The notes: a model not told the origin generated them from the sequence alone. Positions 13,201-27,055 are shown, numbered from the stretch's first letter. The stretch is 64,000 nucleotides of DNA from Macrostomum lignano (GCA_002269645.1 NIVC01000075.1:1-64000), one strand, 5' to 3'. Made by a program: numbers and translations.

Positions 13201-16200
13201 TGAAACGACTGTCAATCCAACAACTGGACCTCCATCACCGGCTGAAACGACTGTCGATCCAACAACTGGACCTCCATCACCGGCTGAAACGACTGTCGAT
13301 CCAACAACTGGACCTCCATCACCGGCTGAAACGACTGTCGATCCAACAACTGGACCTCCATCACCGGCTGAAACGACTGTCAATCCAACAACTGGACCTC
13401 CATCACCGGCTGAAACGACTGTCGATCCAACAACTGGACCTCCATCACCGGCTGAAACGACTGTCGATCCAACAACTGGACCTCCATCACCGGCTGACAC
13501 AACTGTCAATCCTTTAACCACAGGTCCTTCAACACCAACTGACACGACTGTCAATCCAACAACTGGACCTCCATCACCGGCTGACACAACTGTCAATCCT
13601 TTAACCACAGGTCCTTCAACACCAACTGACACGACTGTCAATCCAACAACTGGACCTCCATCACCGGCTGAAACGACTGTCGATCCAACAACTGGACCTC
13701 CATCACCGGCTGAAACGACTGTCGATCCAACAACTGGACCTCCATCACCGGCTGAAACGACTGTCGATCCAACAACTGGACCTCCATCACCGGCTGAAAC
13801 GACTGTCAATCAAACAACTGGACCTCCATCACCGGCTGAAACGACTGTCAATCCAACAACTGGACCTCCACCACCGTCTGACACAACTGTCAATCCTTTA
13901 ACCACAGGTCCTTCAACACCAACTGACACGACTGTCAATCCAACAACTGGACCTCCATCACCGGCTGAAACGACTGTCGATCCAACAACTGGACCTCCAA
14001 CACCGGCTGAAACGACTGTCGATCCAACAACTGGACCTCCATCACCGGCTGAAACGACTGTCAATCCAACAACTGGACCTCCATCACTGGCTGAAACGAC
14101 TGTCAATCCAACAACTGGACCTCCATCACCGGCTGAAACGACTGTCGATCCAACAACTGGACCTCCATCACCGGCTGAAACGACTGTCAATCCAACAACT
14201 GGACCTCCATCACCGGCTGAAACGACTGTCGATCCAACAACTGGACCTCCATCACCGGCTGAAACGACTGTCAATCCAACAACTGGACCTCCATCACCGG
14301 CTGAAACGACTGTCGATCCAACAACTGGACCTCCATCACCGGCTGAAACGACTGTCGATCCAACAACTGGACCTCCATCACCGGCTGAAACGACTGTCAA
14401 TCCAACAACTGGACCTCCATCACCGGCTGAAACGACTGTCAATCCAACAACTGGACCTCCATCACCGGCTGAAACGACTGTCGATCCAACAACTGGACCT
14501 CCATCACCGGCTGAAACGACTGTCGATCCAACAACTGGACCTCCATCACCGGCTGAAACGACTGTCGATCCAACAACTGGACCTCCATCACCGGCTGAAA
14601 CGACTGTCAATCCTTTAACCACAGGTCCTTCAACACCAACTGACACGACTGTCAATCCAACAACTGGACCTCCATCACCGGCTGAAACAACTGTCGATCC
14701 AACAACTGGACCTCCATCACCGGCTGAAACGACTGTCGATCCAACAACTGGACCTCCATCACCGGCTGAAACGACTGTCAATCCAACAACTGGACCTCCA
14801 TCACCGGCTGAAACGACTGTCAATCCAACAACTGGACCTCCATCACCGGCTGAAACGACTGTCGATCCAACAACTGGACCTCCATCACCGGCTGAAACGA
14901 CTGTCGATCCAACAACTGGACCTCCATCACCGGCTGAAACGACTGTCAATCCAACAACTGGACCTCCATCACCGGCTGAAACGACTGTCAATCCAACAAC
15001 TGGACCTCCATCACCGGCTGAAACGACTGTCGATCCAACAACTGGACCTCCATCACCGGCTGAAACGACTGTCAATCCAACAACTGGACCTCCATCACCG
15101 GCTGAAACGACTGTCGATCCAACAACTGGACCTCCATCACCGGCTGAAACGACTGTCGATCCAACAACTGGACCTCCATCACCGGCTGAAACGACTGTCA
15201 ATCCAACAACTGGACCTCCATCACCGGCTGAAACGACTGTCAATCCAACAACTGGACCTCCATCACTGGCTGAAACGACTGTCGATCCAACAACTGGACC
15301 TCCATCACCGGCTGAAACGACTGTCGATCCAACAACTGGACCTCCATCACCGGCTGAAACGACTGTCGATCCAACAACTGGACCTCCATCACCGGCTGAA
15401 ACGACTGTCAATCCAACAACTGGACCTCCATCACCGGCTGAAACGACTGTCAATCCAACAACTGGACCTCCATCACCGGCTGAAACGACTGTCAATCCAA
15501 CAACTGGACCTCCATCACCGGCTGAAACGACTGTCGATCCAACAACTGGACCTCCATCACCGGCTGAAACGACTGTCGATCCAACAACTGGACCTCCACC
15601 ACCGTCTGACACAACTGTCAATCCTTTAACCACAGGTCCTTCAACACCGACTGACACGACTGTCAATCCAACAACTGGACCTCCATCACCGGCTGAAACG
15701 ACTGTCGATCCAACAACTGGACCTCCATCACCGGCTGAAACGACTGTCGATCCAACAACTGGACCTCCATCACCGGCTGAAACGACTGTCAATCCAACAA
15801 CTGGACCTTCATCACCGGCTGACACGACTGTCAATCCATTAACCACAGGTCCTTTACCACCGACTGACACAACTGTCAATCCATTAACCACAGGTCCTTC
15901 ACCAACGACTGACACGACTGTCAATCCAACAACTGGACCACCGCAGACTGAAACGACTGTCAATCCATTAGTTACAGGACTGACTCCATTGACCGAATCA
16001 ACTGTTAGTGTAACTTCAACAGCGTTGAATTTTTTATCTACTGGATTGTCATCATCTGATACAAGTGTTCCAAGTTTTCAAGCGACTGACACGACTATGT
16101 CAGTCACAAATTCACCAAGTGCTTTAAGTGGCGTGACACCGACAGACACTGTTTTAGCGAGTGCTCAAACAAGTGGCGTGCTAACGACGGACACAACCGT

Positions 16201-17164
16201 TCCGAGTTCTCAAGCGACAGGATTGACTACAGCCAGTGCTCCAGCAAGTGGCTTGCCAACGACGGATACAACTGTTCCGAGTTCTCAAGCGACAGGATTG
16301 ACTACAGCCAGTGCTCAAGCGACTGGATTGACTACGACGGATACAACTGTCTTGAGTTCTCAAGCTGCAGGATTGACTACAGCCAGTGCTTCAGCAAGTG
16401 GCTTGCCAACGACGGATACAACTGTTCCGAGTTCTCAAGCGACAGGATTGACTACAGCCAGTGCTCCAGCAAGTGGCTTGCCAACGACGGATACAACTGT
16501 TCCGAGTTCTCAAGCGACAGGATTGACTACGAGTCCTCCAGCAAGTGGATTATCAACCGCAGCAAGCGCAGCCAGTGCAGCATCTAGTGAATTTACCGGC
16601 ACAGGATCAACACTTTCTGTCGCTACAGCATCAGATTCAGTCGCAAGTGCAACAACAATCAGCATCAGCGATGCAACCTCGGCGCAAATCACTGATTGTG
16701 GCCCTTTCCGTAGTGGTACAGGTTGTGAAGGATGTAAGCAACAGTCAAAATGTTTAGTGTGAAGGTTATGGAACACTAACCTAGTGTAGGGACAGAAGTA
16801 GATATACTTTCAATTGGACAATGATTTAGATCAATGCTTATGTTGAGGCTATGCTATGTTGAATGTTTTGCCTGTTCAGCGAGAATTTCTATGATGGAAT
16901 TATTGCGACAAATTCTATTCTAAAACATATAAAAGTGAAATGCCACATGAAAGACATTTTCTTGCCGGATCTATCTGTAATAAAACTATTTTTTCATTTT
17001 CAATACTTTTAACAGACACCCCGCTCGCAATTGGTCTGATGAGCCTACTAGGCACAGCGTCAGTAGCGGCTGCCGTCGTTATAGCGGTGAAACTGTCTAT
17101 GGGATCAGCTGGATGCACACAAGGATCGGCGCTGCTGCAGAGAGTGCGACCGCTGTCCGACTGA
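10252..17164 (+). CDS. Large type-I transmembrane mucin-like protein (about 2,210 aa after correcting two 1-bp gaps)
   Basis: An N-terminal signal peptide is followed by S/T/P-rich repeats: STMDPSPSAEPxTD (42/39 bp), TTV(D/N)PTTGPPSPAE (42 bp) mixed with TTVNPLTTGPSTPTD (45 bp), and a 25-aa TTDTTVPSSQATGLTTASAPASGLP unit. Missing C at about 12754 and 12844 shift the frame into that of ORF 15989-16762. Donor T|GTAAGC at 16734 and acceptor TTTTAACAG| at 17015 are both phase 1. Exon 2 (17016-17164) encodes TM PLAIGLMSLLGTASVAAAVVIAV and a short tail ending QRVRPLSD*. Confidence 0.85.
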
Positions 17165-18289
17165 ACAGGTTGGCCTAAAAGCACTGGGAATTCTATTGCA
17201 TAGTCAAAGCGAAATCTCAGTTTTAATTGGTTTTGAGTATTTGCCTGCGGCCGAAAACATAAAAATCTGACGTCTTCCCATTGCAAAATCTGGCAGTTAT
17301 TTGCACTTCATATGCCCAAAAGAAAGTAGTTTAAACAGGAACTTTTCTTCGCACTGGCTCATCTAGAATTCATAATAATGTGATTCTTGCACGGTTTTCA
17401 GTTCCGGTGCTGTCGTCATGCTACCCGTGTGCAAAGGTTCTTATAAAATAGACTGTCATTGATTAGCAGATTTTTATTGCTTTAACTGGCTTTATAAACC
17501 CTTGTATCTAAAAGCAAATTCCCTGATTATTCAGGCCAGTCGTCTGAACCTAAGTCTCAAATACTCCAAAAAACAATAACTTCCCTATGTGTACTAAAAG
17601 ATGCGCCTAATGTAATGTAAATCCTCTTTCCTTTGTTATTTTGCAAATTTCTCCAAGTGACAGGCCATTTATAATAAAATATGAATATAATAACATTATA
17701 CTGCAAAAAATACAACAAAACCAAAACAAACGAAATATATATTTCTAAATGCGCTTTAAAAAAGTTACTTAGTATATTATATATACATAATAGTTAATAC
17801 CCTAATTTTTTATTACGCAAATTTTATTTTGTAAATTCAACAGTCGCTGCGTTGCAGAGAAAAACTTACATCCTGTAAAGCTATACAGGTGGTGAGCAGT
17901 AAAGATTATAAAAATAAAAAGCAGTAAAAACGCGCGCCAACTACTAACAGCATAAAAATTCACATAGCCACTGCGAACTGCTTGAATCAAAAGGCGCAGA
18001 TCAGAAACCTTGTAATAAAAAGTTATTTTAGCACTCCATTTTAGCAAAATTAGCAATTCAAAGCCATTCAAAAAAGTTTGCATAACAACAAAATGAGCAT
18101 GCGCTTGGCGACAGTGCACTGCAACAAAGTACGAGCGTATTTGGAACATTAATGCTAAAGCTTTAGGCTGTGAAGCCTAAAATTGCAAATTTTCATATGA
18201 AACCGCATTGATGATGCTTTTCCAATTCTTTTTAGCATAACATAAAACTGGCGTCTTGGCACAGCGTGCACAATCTTGGCAGGGAAACC

Positions 18290-18326
18290 GATACACAGGC
18301 AGACAGAGAGAGACAGACAGACACAT

Positions 18327-18399
<73 letters not shown>

Positions 18400-18770
18400 G
18401 ACAAGGCAGACAGACAGACACATACAGACAGACACACAGACAGACAGACAGACAGAGACAAGGCAGACAGACAGACATACAGACAGACAGACACACAGAC
18501 AGACAGACAGAGACAAGGCAGACAGACAGACACATACAGACAGACACACAGACAGACAGACAGAGACAAGGCAGACAGACAGACATACAGACAGACAGAC
18601 AGACACACAGACAGACAGACAGACAGACAGAGACAAGGCAGACAGACAGACGGACAGACAGGCAGGCAGACAACCAGATACTAAGACACTAAGACACACA
18701 GACAGAGAGACAGACAGACAGGCAGAAAGACAGACGGACAGACAGACAGACGGTCACAGACACACATACA
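18290..18770. repeat. Compound (GACA)n microsatellite with GAGACAAGGCA and CACA variants
   Basis: Directly visible. Confidence 0.95.
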
Positions 18771-19205
18771 GCCAATTTTACAAAAAAGTAAAAAGCAATA
18801 AAGAAAGACAATATACAAAGAACATGGCAAACAGAATAAAAAACAATTAGTTGGCTATAAAAGACTAAATAATAAAAATAGAAGAGCGAAAATATAGTTT
18901 ACCTGCAGCAAATAAGTAAAAACCTATAAAAATTGGAGAAGTCAAACTGAAAAGTAAAATTTCACACTGACAATTTACAGATAAGTACCCGAATTCTGTC
19001 ATTAAAAAGCCATTAATAACGATGCACTCAAAGTTTGAATTAACCGACAAAGCTTAAAGTACACAAAGGGCTATATAATGCACATCAGATAAGCATTTTT
19101 ACCAGCAATAATTACCTATATAATTAGGGCTGATAGTAGCAATACCAGTTTGTCTCGGTCTATCTATACAGGAAGTTGAAAATTGATCTTAGCTTCTAAT
19201 TGGTT

Positions 19206-19970
19206 CTATACTACTAGTACACAGCTAGATACTATACTACTAGTACACAGCTAGATACTATACTACTAGTACACAGCTAGATACTATACTACTAGTACAC
19301 AGCAAGATACTATACTACTAGTACACAGCTAGATACTATACTACTAGTACACAGCTAGATACTATACTACTAGTACACAGCTAGATACTATACTACTAGT
19401 ACACAGCTAGATACTATACTACTAGTACACAGCTAGATACTATACTACTAGTACACAGCTAGATACTATACTACTAGTACACAGCTAGATACTATACTAC
19501 TAGTACACAGCTAGATACTATACTACTAGTACACAGCTAGATACTATACTACTAGTACACAGCTAGATACTATACTACTAGTACACAGCTAGATACTATA
19601 CTACTAGTACACAGCTAGATACTATACTACTAGTACACAGCTAGATACTATACTACTAGTACACAGCAAGATACTATACTACTAGTACACAGCTAGATAC
19701 TATACTACTAGTACACAGCTAGATACTATACTACTAGTACACAGCAAGATACTATACTACTAGTACACAGCTAGATACTATACTACTAGTTCACAGCTAG
19801 ATACTATACTACTAGTACACAGCAAGATACTATACTACTAGTACACAGCTAGATACTATACTACTAGTACACAGCTAGATACTATACTACTAGTACACAG
19901 CTAGATACTATACTACTAGTACACAGCTAGATACTATACTACTAGTACACAGCTAGATACTATACTACTA
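19206..19970. repeat. 26-bp minisatellite (CTATACTACTAGTACACAGCTAGATA)n, about 29 copies
   Basis: Period of 26 measured between successive units; highly homogeneous. Confidence 0.97.
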
Positions 19971-20345
19971 TGCAGCAGATGGAATTGCATATTAATGAGG
20001 CAATCTATTCAGTTGTCAGGCCAAAGCAACTCAGGCAAATATGTGCTCTAGAAAATAGGACTGAGAAAATAAAGATATCGAGAGAGTTTTTAGCGCAATA
20101 ATTTCCACAATTGTAGGCAAAGAAACATGCGGCTAACATTCACTAATAATAGAACAGGAAAGAGATTCATTTTTCAACAGTAGATTATACAATTAATAAG
20201 CACAATTATGATACAAAAATTAACAATTCTTTCCTATTAACATGAGCAATAGTCGAAGAATACATAAGATTAAAGATTCTGCAAGAGTTCCATCGACAAT
20301 CCGAACAGATTTGTCGAATTTTAACTGATCGTTTTTGAGTTACAA

Positions 20346-20667
20346 CAAGGGGTCGGCAAAGTTATTTGCCTCAATGGCCAGATAATTAATCTTGCTCATG
20401 GCTTGCAAGCCGAATGAAAGGAGAGGGAATGGAGTAGAGAGAAAAGTAAAGAGGAGATGAGAGATGAGAGAAGAGGGGAGAGAGGAGAGAAGGGGGGAGA
20501 GAGAAAAGAAAAGGGGAGAGGTGACTGAGAGCAGAGGGGAAGGGAGAGAGCAGAGGGGAAGAGCTTGCAATGCTGAAAAGAGAAGCCTCGAGAGGGCCGG
20601 ATTGCTATGGTGAAGTTTCAAAGTACCCAAGGGCCGGATAGAGGCTTCGCGGGGGGCCGGACCCCTG
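20346..20667. mobile_element. hAT (Charlie-like) MITE
   Basis: Ends are (C)AAGGGGTCGGCAAA and GCCGGACCCCTG, close to the hAT TIR CAGGGGTCGGC. There are internal GGGCCGGAT subterminal motifs, and the right flank CTCTAGAC resembles the Charlie target preference. No matching left TSD. Confidence 0.6.
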
Positions 20668-20737
20668 CTCTAGACTTTGTAATCTGAAGATGAAAGCCAT
20701 CACCCTAGCCAAAAAAACCCCAAGCTTGCACTGCACC

Positions 20738-21550
20738 TCAGCTGGAATTGGCATCAGCCCCGCTGTCGCTAGCGGAACAGCTGCTCAACCCAAAAGTTGA
20801 GCTGGGACAGCCAGTAGCAGCAGCCGCAGCAGCAGCTCCAGCAGATGCCCTAGCGGCAGCCGACTCAAGCACAGTGTAAAACAGTCTCAAAGGTCCTTTC
20901 CTACGCCAAGCGTACACGTAGGCAATATCCATAATAGAGAAGTCGGCGTGCAAACAGTCCTCAGTGTAGAATATTGCAATAGACTGAGTCGGTCGTAGGT
21001 CCAGTTTCAATCGGAGAAATTTTTGCAACTGTTGCACAGTAAGACAGGCGGGCGCTAGCAGGTAGCAAGCCCGAGTCTGATCAACGCAATCAGTTCTGAG
21101 CAGTCGGCCATTACGGATTCGCTTAGTGTCGGCCAGTTCAAGCGACAAGGACACCCGTTCGTCGTCCTGGACTAGGCTAGCAGTCTCTGGTGCTAATAAA
21201 TCGCCGCGTTTCTCCGGACTCAAAGCTCGGTCAGACCCAGCCGAAGGATGCTCAACGTAGAACTGACGGCGACGAGTCATCTCAGATTTGAATAGGCCGG
21301 GCACGAGTTTGTACACGAGCGATTGCAGCGCCCGGTCTAGGCGGATGGCGCGGTATGGATCGCCTTTGTGCAGCTGGATATCGCATACTGGACAGGCGTG
21401 CTGCTGAGTCAGATGGGTCAATAGGCACGAGCGACAGAAGGCGTGCAAGCATTCTACTATGGTAGTAGCGTCAATCAGGTAGCCCTGGCATAGGCGACAG
21501 GTGATGTGCTCGTTTAATTGATTGATTGGCAGGTGTACTAGCTTGTGCAT
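20738..21550 (-). CDS. bmi1: Polycomb group RING finger protein, Bmi1/PCGF4 (Psc)-like; intronless, 270 aa
   Basis: C3HC4 RING (CRLCQGYLIDATTIVECLHAFCRSC...CPVC), the conserved LVYKLVPGLFKSEMTRRRQFY segment, and a RAWUL-like domain (LTVQQLQKFLRLKL...IMDIAYVYAWRRKGPLRLFY). Confidence 0.93.
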   Translation of the reverse strand: MHKLVHLPINQLNEHITCRLCQGYLIDATTIVECLHAFCRSCLLTHLTQQHACPVCDIQLHKGDPYRAIRLDRALQSLVYKLVPGLFKSEMTRRRQFYVEHPSAGSDRALSPEKRGDLLAPETASLVQDDERVSLSLELADTKRIRNGRLLRTDCVDQTRACYLLAPACLTVQQLQKFLRLKLDLRPTQSIAIFYTEDCLHADFSIMDIAYVYAWRRKGPLRLFYTVLESAAARASAGAAAAAAATGCPSSTFGLSSCSASDSGADANSS

Positions 21551-21689
21551 GGTATTTTTGCAACTGAAATTTTAATTGTATAGTTATGGGTTTTAGTGCA
21601 GCTAAGTGAAGTTAACTAGATAACTTATTAATTAATTACCACACTCAGTAACAATGCTAGTTACGTAAAATTTAGCTCTACGTCAAAAA

Positions 21690-22060
21690 TGACTTTCAAT
21701 AGTCTATGGCTTTAGGTAGAGAATGAACTTCAGTAATCTATGGCTTTAGGTGGAGAATGACTTGCAATAGTCTATGGCTTTAGGTAGAGAATGACTTGCA
21801 ATAGTCTATGGCTTTAGGTAGAGGATGACTTGCAGTAGTCTATGGCTTTAGGTGGAGTATGACTTGCAATAGTCTATGGCTTTAGGTAGACAATGACTTG
21901 CAGTAGTCTATGGCTTTAGGTGGAGTATGACTTGCAGTAGTCTATCGCTTCAAGTAGAGGATGACTTGCAGTAGTCTATGGCTTTAGGTATATGATGACT
22001 TGCAGTAGTCTATGGCTTTAGGTGGAGAATGACTTGCAATAGGCTTTAGGTAGAGAATAA
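21690..22060. repeat. 34-bp minisatellite (GACTTGCAATAGTCTATGGCTTTAGGTGGAGAAT)n, about 11 copies
   Basis: Period of 34 (21759 to 21793). Confidence 0.92.
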
Positions 22061-22392
22061 ACATAGACTGAATTAGATAAGATGTTATCCTCTTGAATTA
22101 AAAATTTCTATTGCTTATGTTTTTAAATAATAATCCGTGTCAAGCTTGGCAGTAAAAAATCTTACAGATGTTGTCTCTCGGTTCATACTGAGTGTGTTTT
22201 GTTGTAAAGTATAGTTTGTGACTAATATTGAATCACCCATTTTAGTGACATCGTGTCCTTTTTAAAAGACAAAAAAGCAACAAACAAAAGTACTAAAGGG
22301 ATTAACCATTAGAATTGCTACTAAGAATATGCAATGCAATGTGGACTAGAAGGTAAAACGAATTGCAACATAGAATAGGAAGGACAGACAGG

Positions 22393-22394
<2 letters not shown>

Positions 22395-22450
<56 letters not shown>
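22395..22450. repeat. (GA)n microsatellite
   Basis: Directly visible. Confidence 0.97.
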
Positions 22451-22454
<4 letters not shown>

Positions 22455-24754
22455 GCGCACAAATAGAATTAATTCGGAACGTTGGCAAAAAGGCTAAGAC
22501 AGACGGAGAATTCGGATGTTTTATATGCACGCAGGGCAAGTAGATTCTATATATAGAAGCCGGAATGCAAAAAGTACGCAGACCTAACTGGCCAAGCAGT
22601 CTCCAACCCATCTTTCTCATCATCAGCTATTGATTCAGTCCACTATAGTTGCTGCATCTAATATGCCTGCAGGCAAAAAATAAACTCAATAATGTAATAT
22701 TAACGTAAGATAATAAAACTGTCTGCTGCGCTACTGAAAAATTGTCTATAACAGTCAGGTAAGCACTATGGGCAGTACGCGGAAAGCTCTGTTTAGGGTT
22801 TATTTGAGCACCGATTCCCCAAACCAAAATCAGCTGTAATTTGTAGATTTTTCATTTTTTTCTCTATAGCAATTTGTGATTGACAATTTCCCAATGGATT
22901 TAGCTAAGGCTTGCTTGCAGAATACAGATTAGCTCTTTTTTTCTGACTAAAACATAAGAGAGGACATTGAGAAGCTAGTGCACGAACAAGATAAGGAAGA
23001 TGCACGGGGGACAGGCCGGCTGCGATAGATGATTAACCGGCAGAGCAGAGTAGAGCACAGCAGAAGATCAATATGGATTAGACCGGACCCAAGGGAACTC
23101 TAACAAAAAACCAGCTTTGTTTTATTGAGCGGCCGGCTTTTTCGTTTGGGTAAAATTCTGCTACATTCTCTCCTTGTGTACTCAGCTCTAGTCAAGCAAA
23201 CTGGTCAAATGCAACGTACAAGGCGTGAAGCGCGTCCATCTGGACTTTTGAATTGCAAATAAAGATGAAATGTGTCGAATGTTGACTTAAAAAAATTATA
23301 TGAAGCTCTTTATTTCTTTCATGAGATGTTTACCGAAAAAAATTGTGATAGACAATACGAAACCGTATATTCTTGAGTGCTTGCCACTTGTCACTCTCCA
23401 ATAATACTCACTCGCCACTGTCACTCTTAGAAAATCTCCATCTCCAAGATCTCCAGGACTTCTAATTCATAGTTTTTTGTAATTCAGTTTTTATGCAAGT
23501 GTTGAGTGTACATATCTGACGATTAGAAACTCAGGGCCGCAGTACATTCTATGTGAGTGCCAGCCCACTAGTCTTATAATGCTACCAGCCAGCATCATTT
23601 TGCTATCCCGGCGCAGTTTATGCAAATAGAAGGAAGCACTCTGTGTGTGTGTGGAAAGCTATTGACTGTCTGCAACTCTGTCCTATACGCTGTGGAAGTT
23701 TAGCAATGGAATATGGAACCACTTCATTGTAGAACTAACGCCAGAAGAAAGAAGAAGTCAAGAGTCGAAAAGTCTTTCACTATACACAATAGCAGCGGCT
23801 TTGACCCAACACAATACAGTATTAGTGAGGGAGTGGTTGACAAAGGTGCAAGAAACTGACGCGGCAGAATTAGCATAGCTACTTAGCGGAGACGCCCGAG
23901 AATCTAAACTCATATAGGATTAACAAAGCGGAGTACGAAAAGCAAAGAGCGCTGATGGTACAGGAAGTCGACAGCACAGCACAAAAGCTTTACTTGAAAA
24001 TTGACTGCAGGAACTTTAAGCCAAGGAAGAGATTTTTTAGAGTACATTGACTCCTCTATAATACGCGGTCACTTACGAAAGTCGCAGTTACGACTATATG
24101 AATTCTATTAGTCTGAATGTTGGAATACAATGTAATAATGCGTCTCTGCCAGGTAAGGTATCATAAATAATAAATCGATGGGTTATAATTACTTCAACGT
24201 TAATAACTGGTACAGTAGCACTTGACCAGTGTGGACATTGGTGGATACGGGATGACTAACTACTAATGAATAGGCCAAAAAAACGCACACTATGATCCCT
24301 AATTTAAAGCTCTACAGAAAAGACTGGGAAGGCAGAGTGCTGACATGGTATTGGTAAATATCGATTTTATATAAAACTAATATAGAACTACCAGTGCACT
24401 TTTTCAATGAGTGCAGGTTTCCTGCGAAAAAATTGTTCTCGTCAAAAACCTGACACAATAATTGCTTCAATTTTCTCCTGGGAAACAGACCAGCAATTCG
24501 TAGATTTTTAACGGATCTGAACTTGCGGGGAGGGTGATAAAATCAGGGAAACGGGAAATTAGCACAGCTTTGGGGGCGATTTTTAACGAGTTGAAAAACT
24601 TTTCTACATTGAAACTAAAAAAGTAAATGGGGAAGAGAATGAGGCAAGCGAAAATTATGATCAGCAATGCATGCTGCGTTTGTGCTCAAGTAGGGAAACT
24701 TGCGAATAGAGACGGGGAAACGGAGAATGCGAAAGGCAACTTAGGGAGCGGAAG

Positions 24755-25300
24755 GGATCTAAATGTAAAGTGGTGGGCCATAGAGGAATCCAAATGTAAA
24801 TTGGTGGGCCATAGCGGAATCTAAATGTAAATTGGTGGGCCATTGCGGAATCTAAATGTAAATTGGTGGGCCATAGCGGAATCCAAATGTAAATTGGTGG
24901 GCCATAGAGGAATCCAAATGTAAATTGGTGGGCCATAGAGGAATCCAAATGTAAATTGGTGGGCCATAGCGGAATCTAAATGTAAATTGGTGGGCCATTG
25001 CGGAATCTAAATGTAAATTGGTGGGCCATTGTGGAATCTAAATGTAAATTGGTGGGCCATAGCGGAATCTAAATGTAAATTGGTGGGCCATTGCGGAATC
25101 TAAATGTAAATTGGTGGGCCATTGTGGAATCTAAATGTAAATTGGTGGGCCATAGCGGAATCTAAATGTAAATTGGTGGGCCATTGTGGGATCTAAATGA
25201 AAATTGGTGGGCCATAGTGGGATCTAAATGTAAATTGGTGGGCCATTGCGGAATCTAAATGTAAATCGGGGGTCATGGTATGATCTACATGGAAATGGGG
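24755..25300. repeat. 31-bp minisatellite (AATCTAAATGTAAATTGGTGGGCCATAGCGG)n, about 17 copies
   Basis: Period of 31 (24787 to 24818). Confidence 0.95.
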
Positions 25301-26654
25301 GTCATGTTAGGATCTACATGCATATGGGGGTCATATTCGGATATAAAACACGGATTGTAATGGAAATGTCAGAATAAGGATACTAATAAGCGCTATAGCC
25401 ACTAAAATGTGTAGAATAAAATGAAACAAGCAAAGCCTTTATTACTTAACATAACGCCACTATATATTAAGTCCATCTGTATTTGTATTGACCTGCTGCA
25501 AAGGTAACATCATCAGTCAGTACTCAAACTATCGAGTTAATAATCTAGATTCTGTCGCAAATTGCACTAATAGACAGTAGAGCCAAAGGTAAGTGGAAAA
25601 ACGCAAAAAAAGAAACACAAAAGTTAAAAATAGAAAAGAAATTACTGACAATAAGTGAGAAAAGTTGAGATAAAAAACTGAAATTAGTTTCTACAACAAT
25701 AAAAAGGAGAAAGATAAACTATTGGATTGGCATTTTTGCAATTTTATTTTTTTATTTTAACAGTACCAAAAGAATTGTGTTGGGTATATACTTAATATGC
25801 TAATAGAAAATCTGACAATGACTTAAAAAACAAATATAAATATATTAGAACAATGACCATAATTAAAGTATTATCAAAGTTAAAAGTGCAGCAGTGAATA
25901 GGAGAGACGCAGACGAACATGCTCAAATATGCGTGGCAGTTAACTCTATTGAGTATCTGTATTAATAAGTACACAATGCATATTTATAAGCGGACAAAAC
26001 AGTTAAAAAACGGGCAAGACAAATATAAGCTAAAGAGTATATAAAGTACTTATTGCACTTTCATTTGCAGTATAAACGCCACAAAAAAATTTTCTTAGAT
26101 CTTTTTTTGTAGAAAAATACATCCACGTACTGTGTACAAAATCTGTTCACGAATGTACAGCAGACTAATAATTAATACTAATAATAAATAGTAAGCCATA
26201 AAAAATCATTGGGAAAATTCATCGGCCGTCAACAAAGCTCGTATGAAGAGGATGCGTGTGTACACAACGAATTAAAGAAATATAATCTCCATAGTTACAA
26301 GCAAGTGCATAACAGTTATAACAACAGAGATTGCTTCCGAGCGATAACTACCAAGTGAGTAGCAAACTGGGTCAAGTTTGTACTCAAAAATATTTAGCAC
26401 GAAGTCACTACAGTTTACGGAGATTCAGCAATGAATTATTGAGTGCATATTCACTTCGCGATTCCCTGTGGAGGTGACTTAAAAAGATTGGTGCTCAAAA
26501 TATTATTCAAATTAAAAAAACAAGTTTACACTCAGAATGAAAGATAATAGAGCTGAATTCGATTGCGAATTAAACACTGCTGTAAGTGATCAACAAGTTA
26601 GGGGGCGTTGCACTTTAGGGAAGCGAATGAATAATAAAGGGGACAGTAGCGGTA

Positions 26655-26779
26655 AGACAGACAGACAGGAAGAGACAGACAGGCAGACACTAGACAGACA
26701 GAAAGTCAGACACCCACACACACAGACAGACAGACAGACAGACAGTCAGGCAGGCACTAAAGCAGACAGATAGACAATC

Positions 26780-26856
<77 letters not shown>

Positions 26857-26875
26857 GGTACTAAGACAGACAATC

Positions 26876-26920
<45 letters not shown>

Positions 26921-26947
26921 CTAAGACAGACACGAAGACAGACACTA

Positions 26948-27008
<61 letters not shown>

Positions 27009-27055
27009 GGTACTAAGACAGACAATCAGACAGACAGACAGAAAGACAGACACTA

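Noticed and set aside
10397-15963. Long minus-strand ORFs (VVSAGDGGPVVG..., MALQKEMGPLSSQL...)
   Set aside because: They are antisense shadows of the mucin repeats; the plus strand has the signal peptide, TM and splice structure.
16734-16762. Stop at 16762 as the real end of the mucin
   Set aside because: A good phase-1 donor at 16734 and a matching acceptor at 17015 lead to a TM-encoding exon.
10252-17164. Mucin as a known flatworm adhesive (glue) protein
   Set aside because: It has a TM anchor and simple PTS repeats; I see no vWD/C8/TIL domains or Lys/Arg-rich regions.
20738-21550. Bmi1-like gene nested in an intron of the receptor-like gene
   Set aside because: The receptor-like gene ends at 27968 with a complete kinase C-lobe, so Bmi1 lies downstream.
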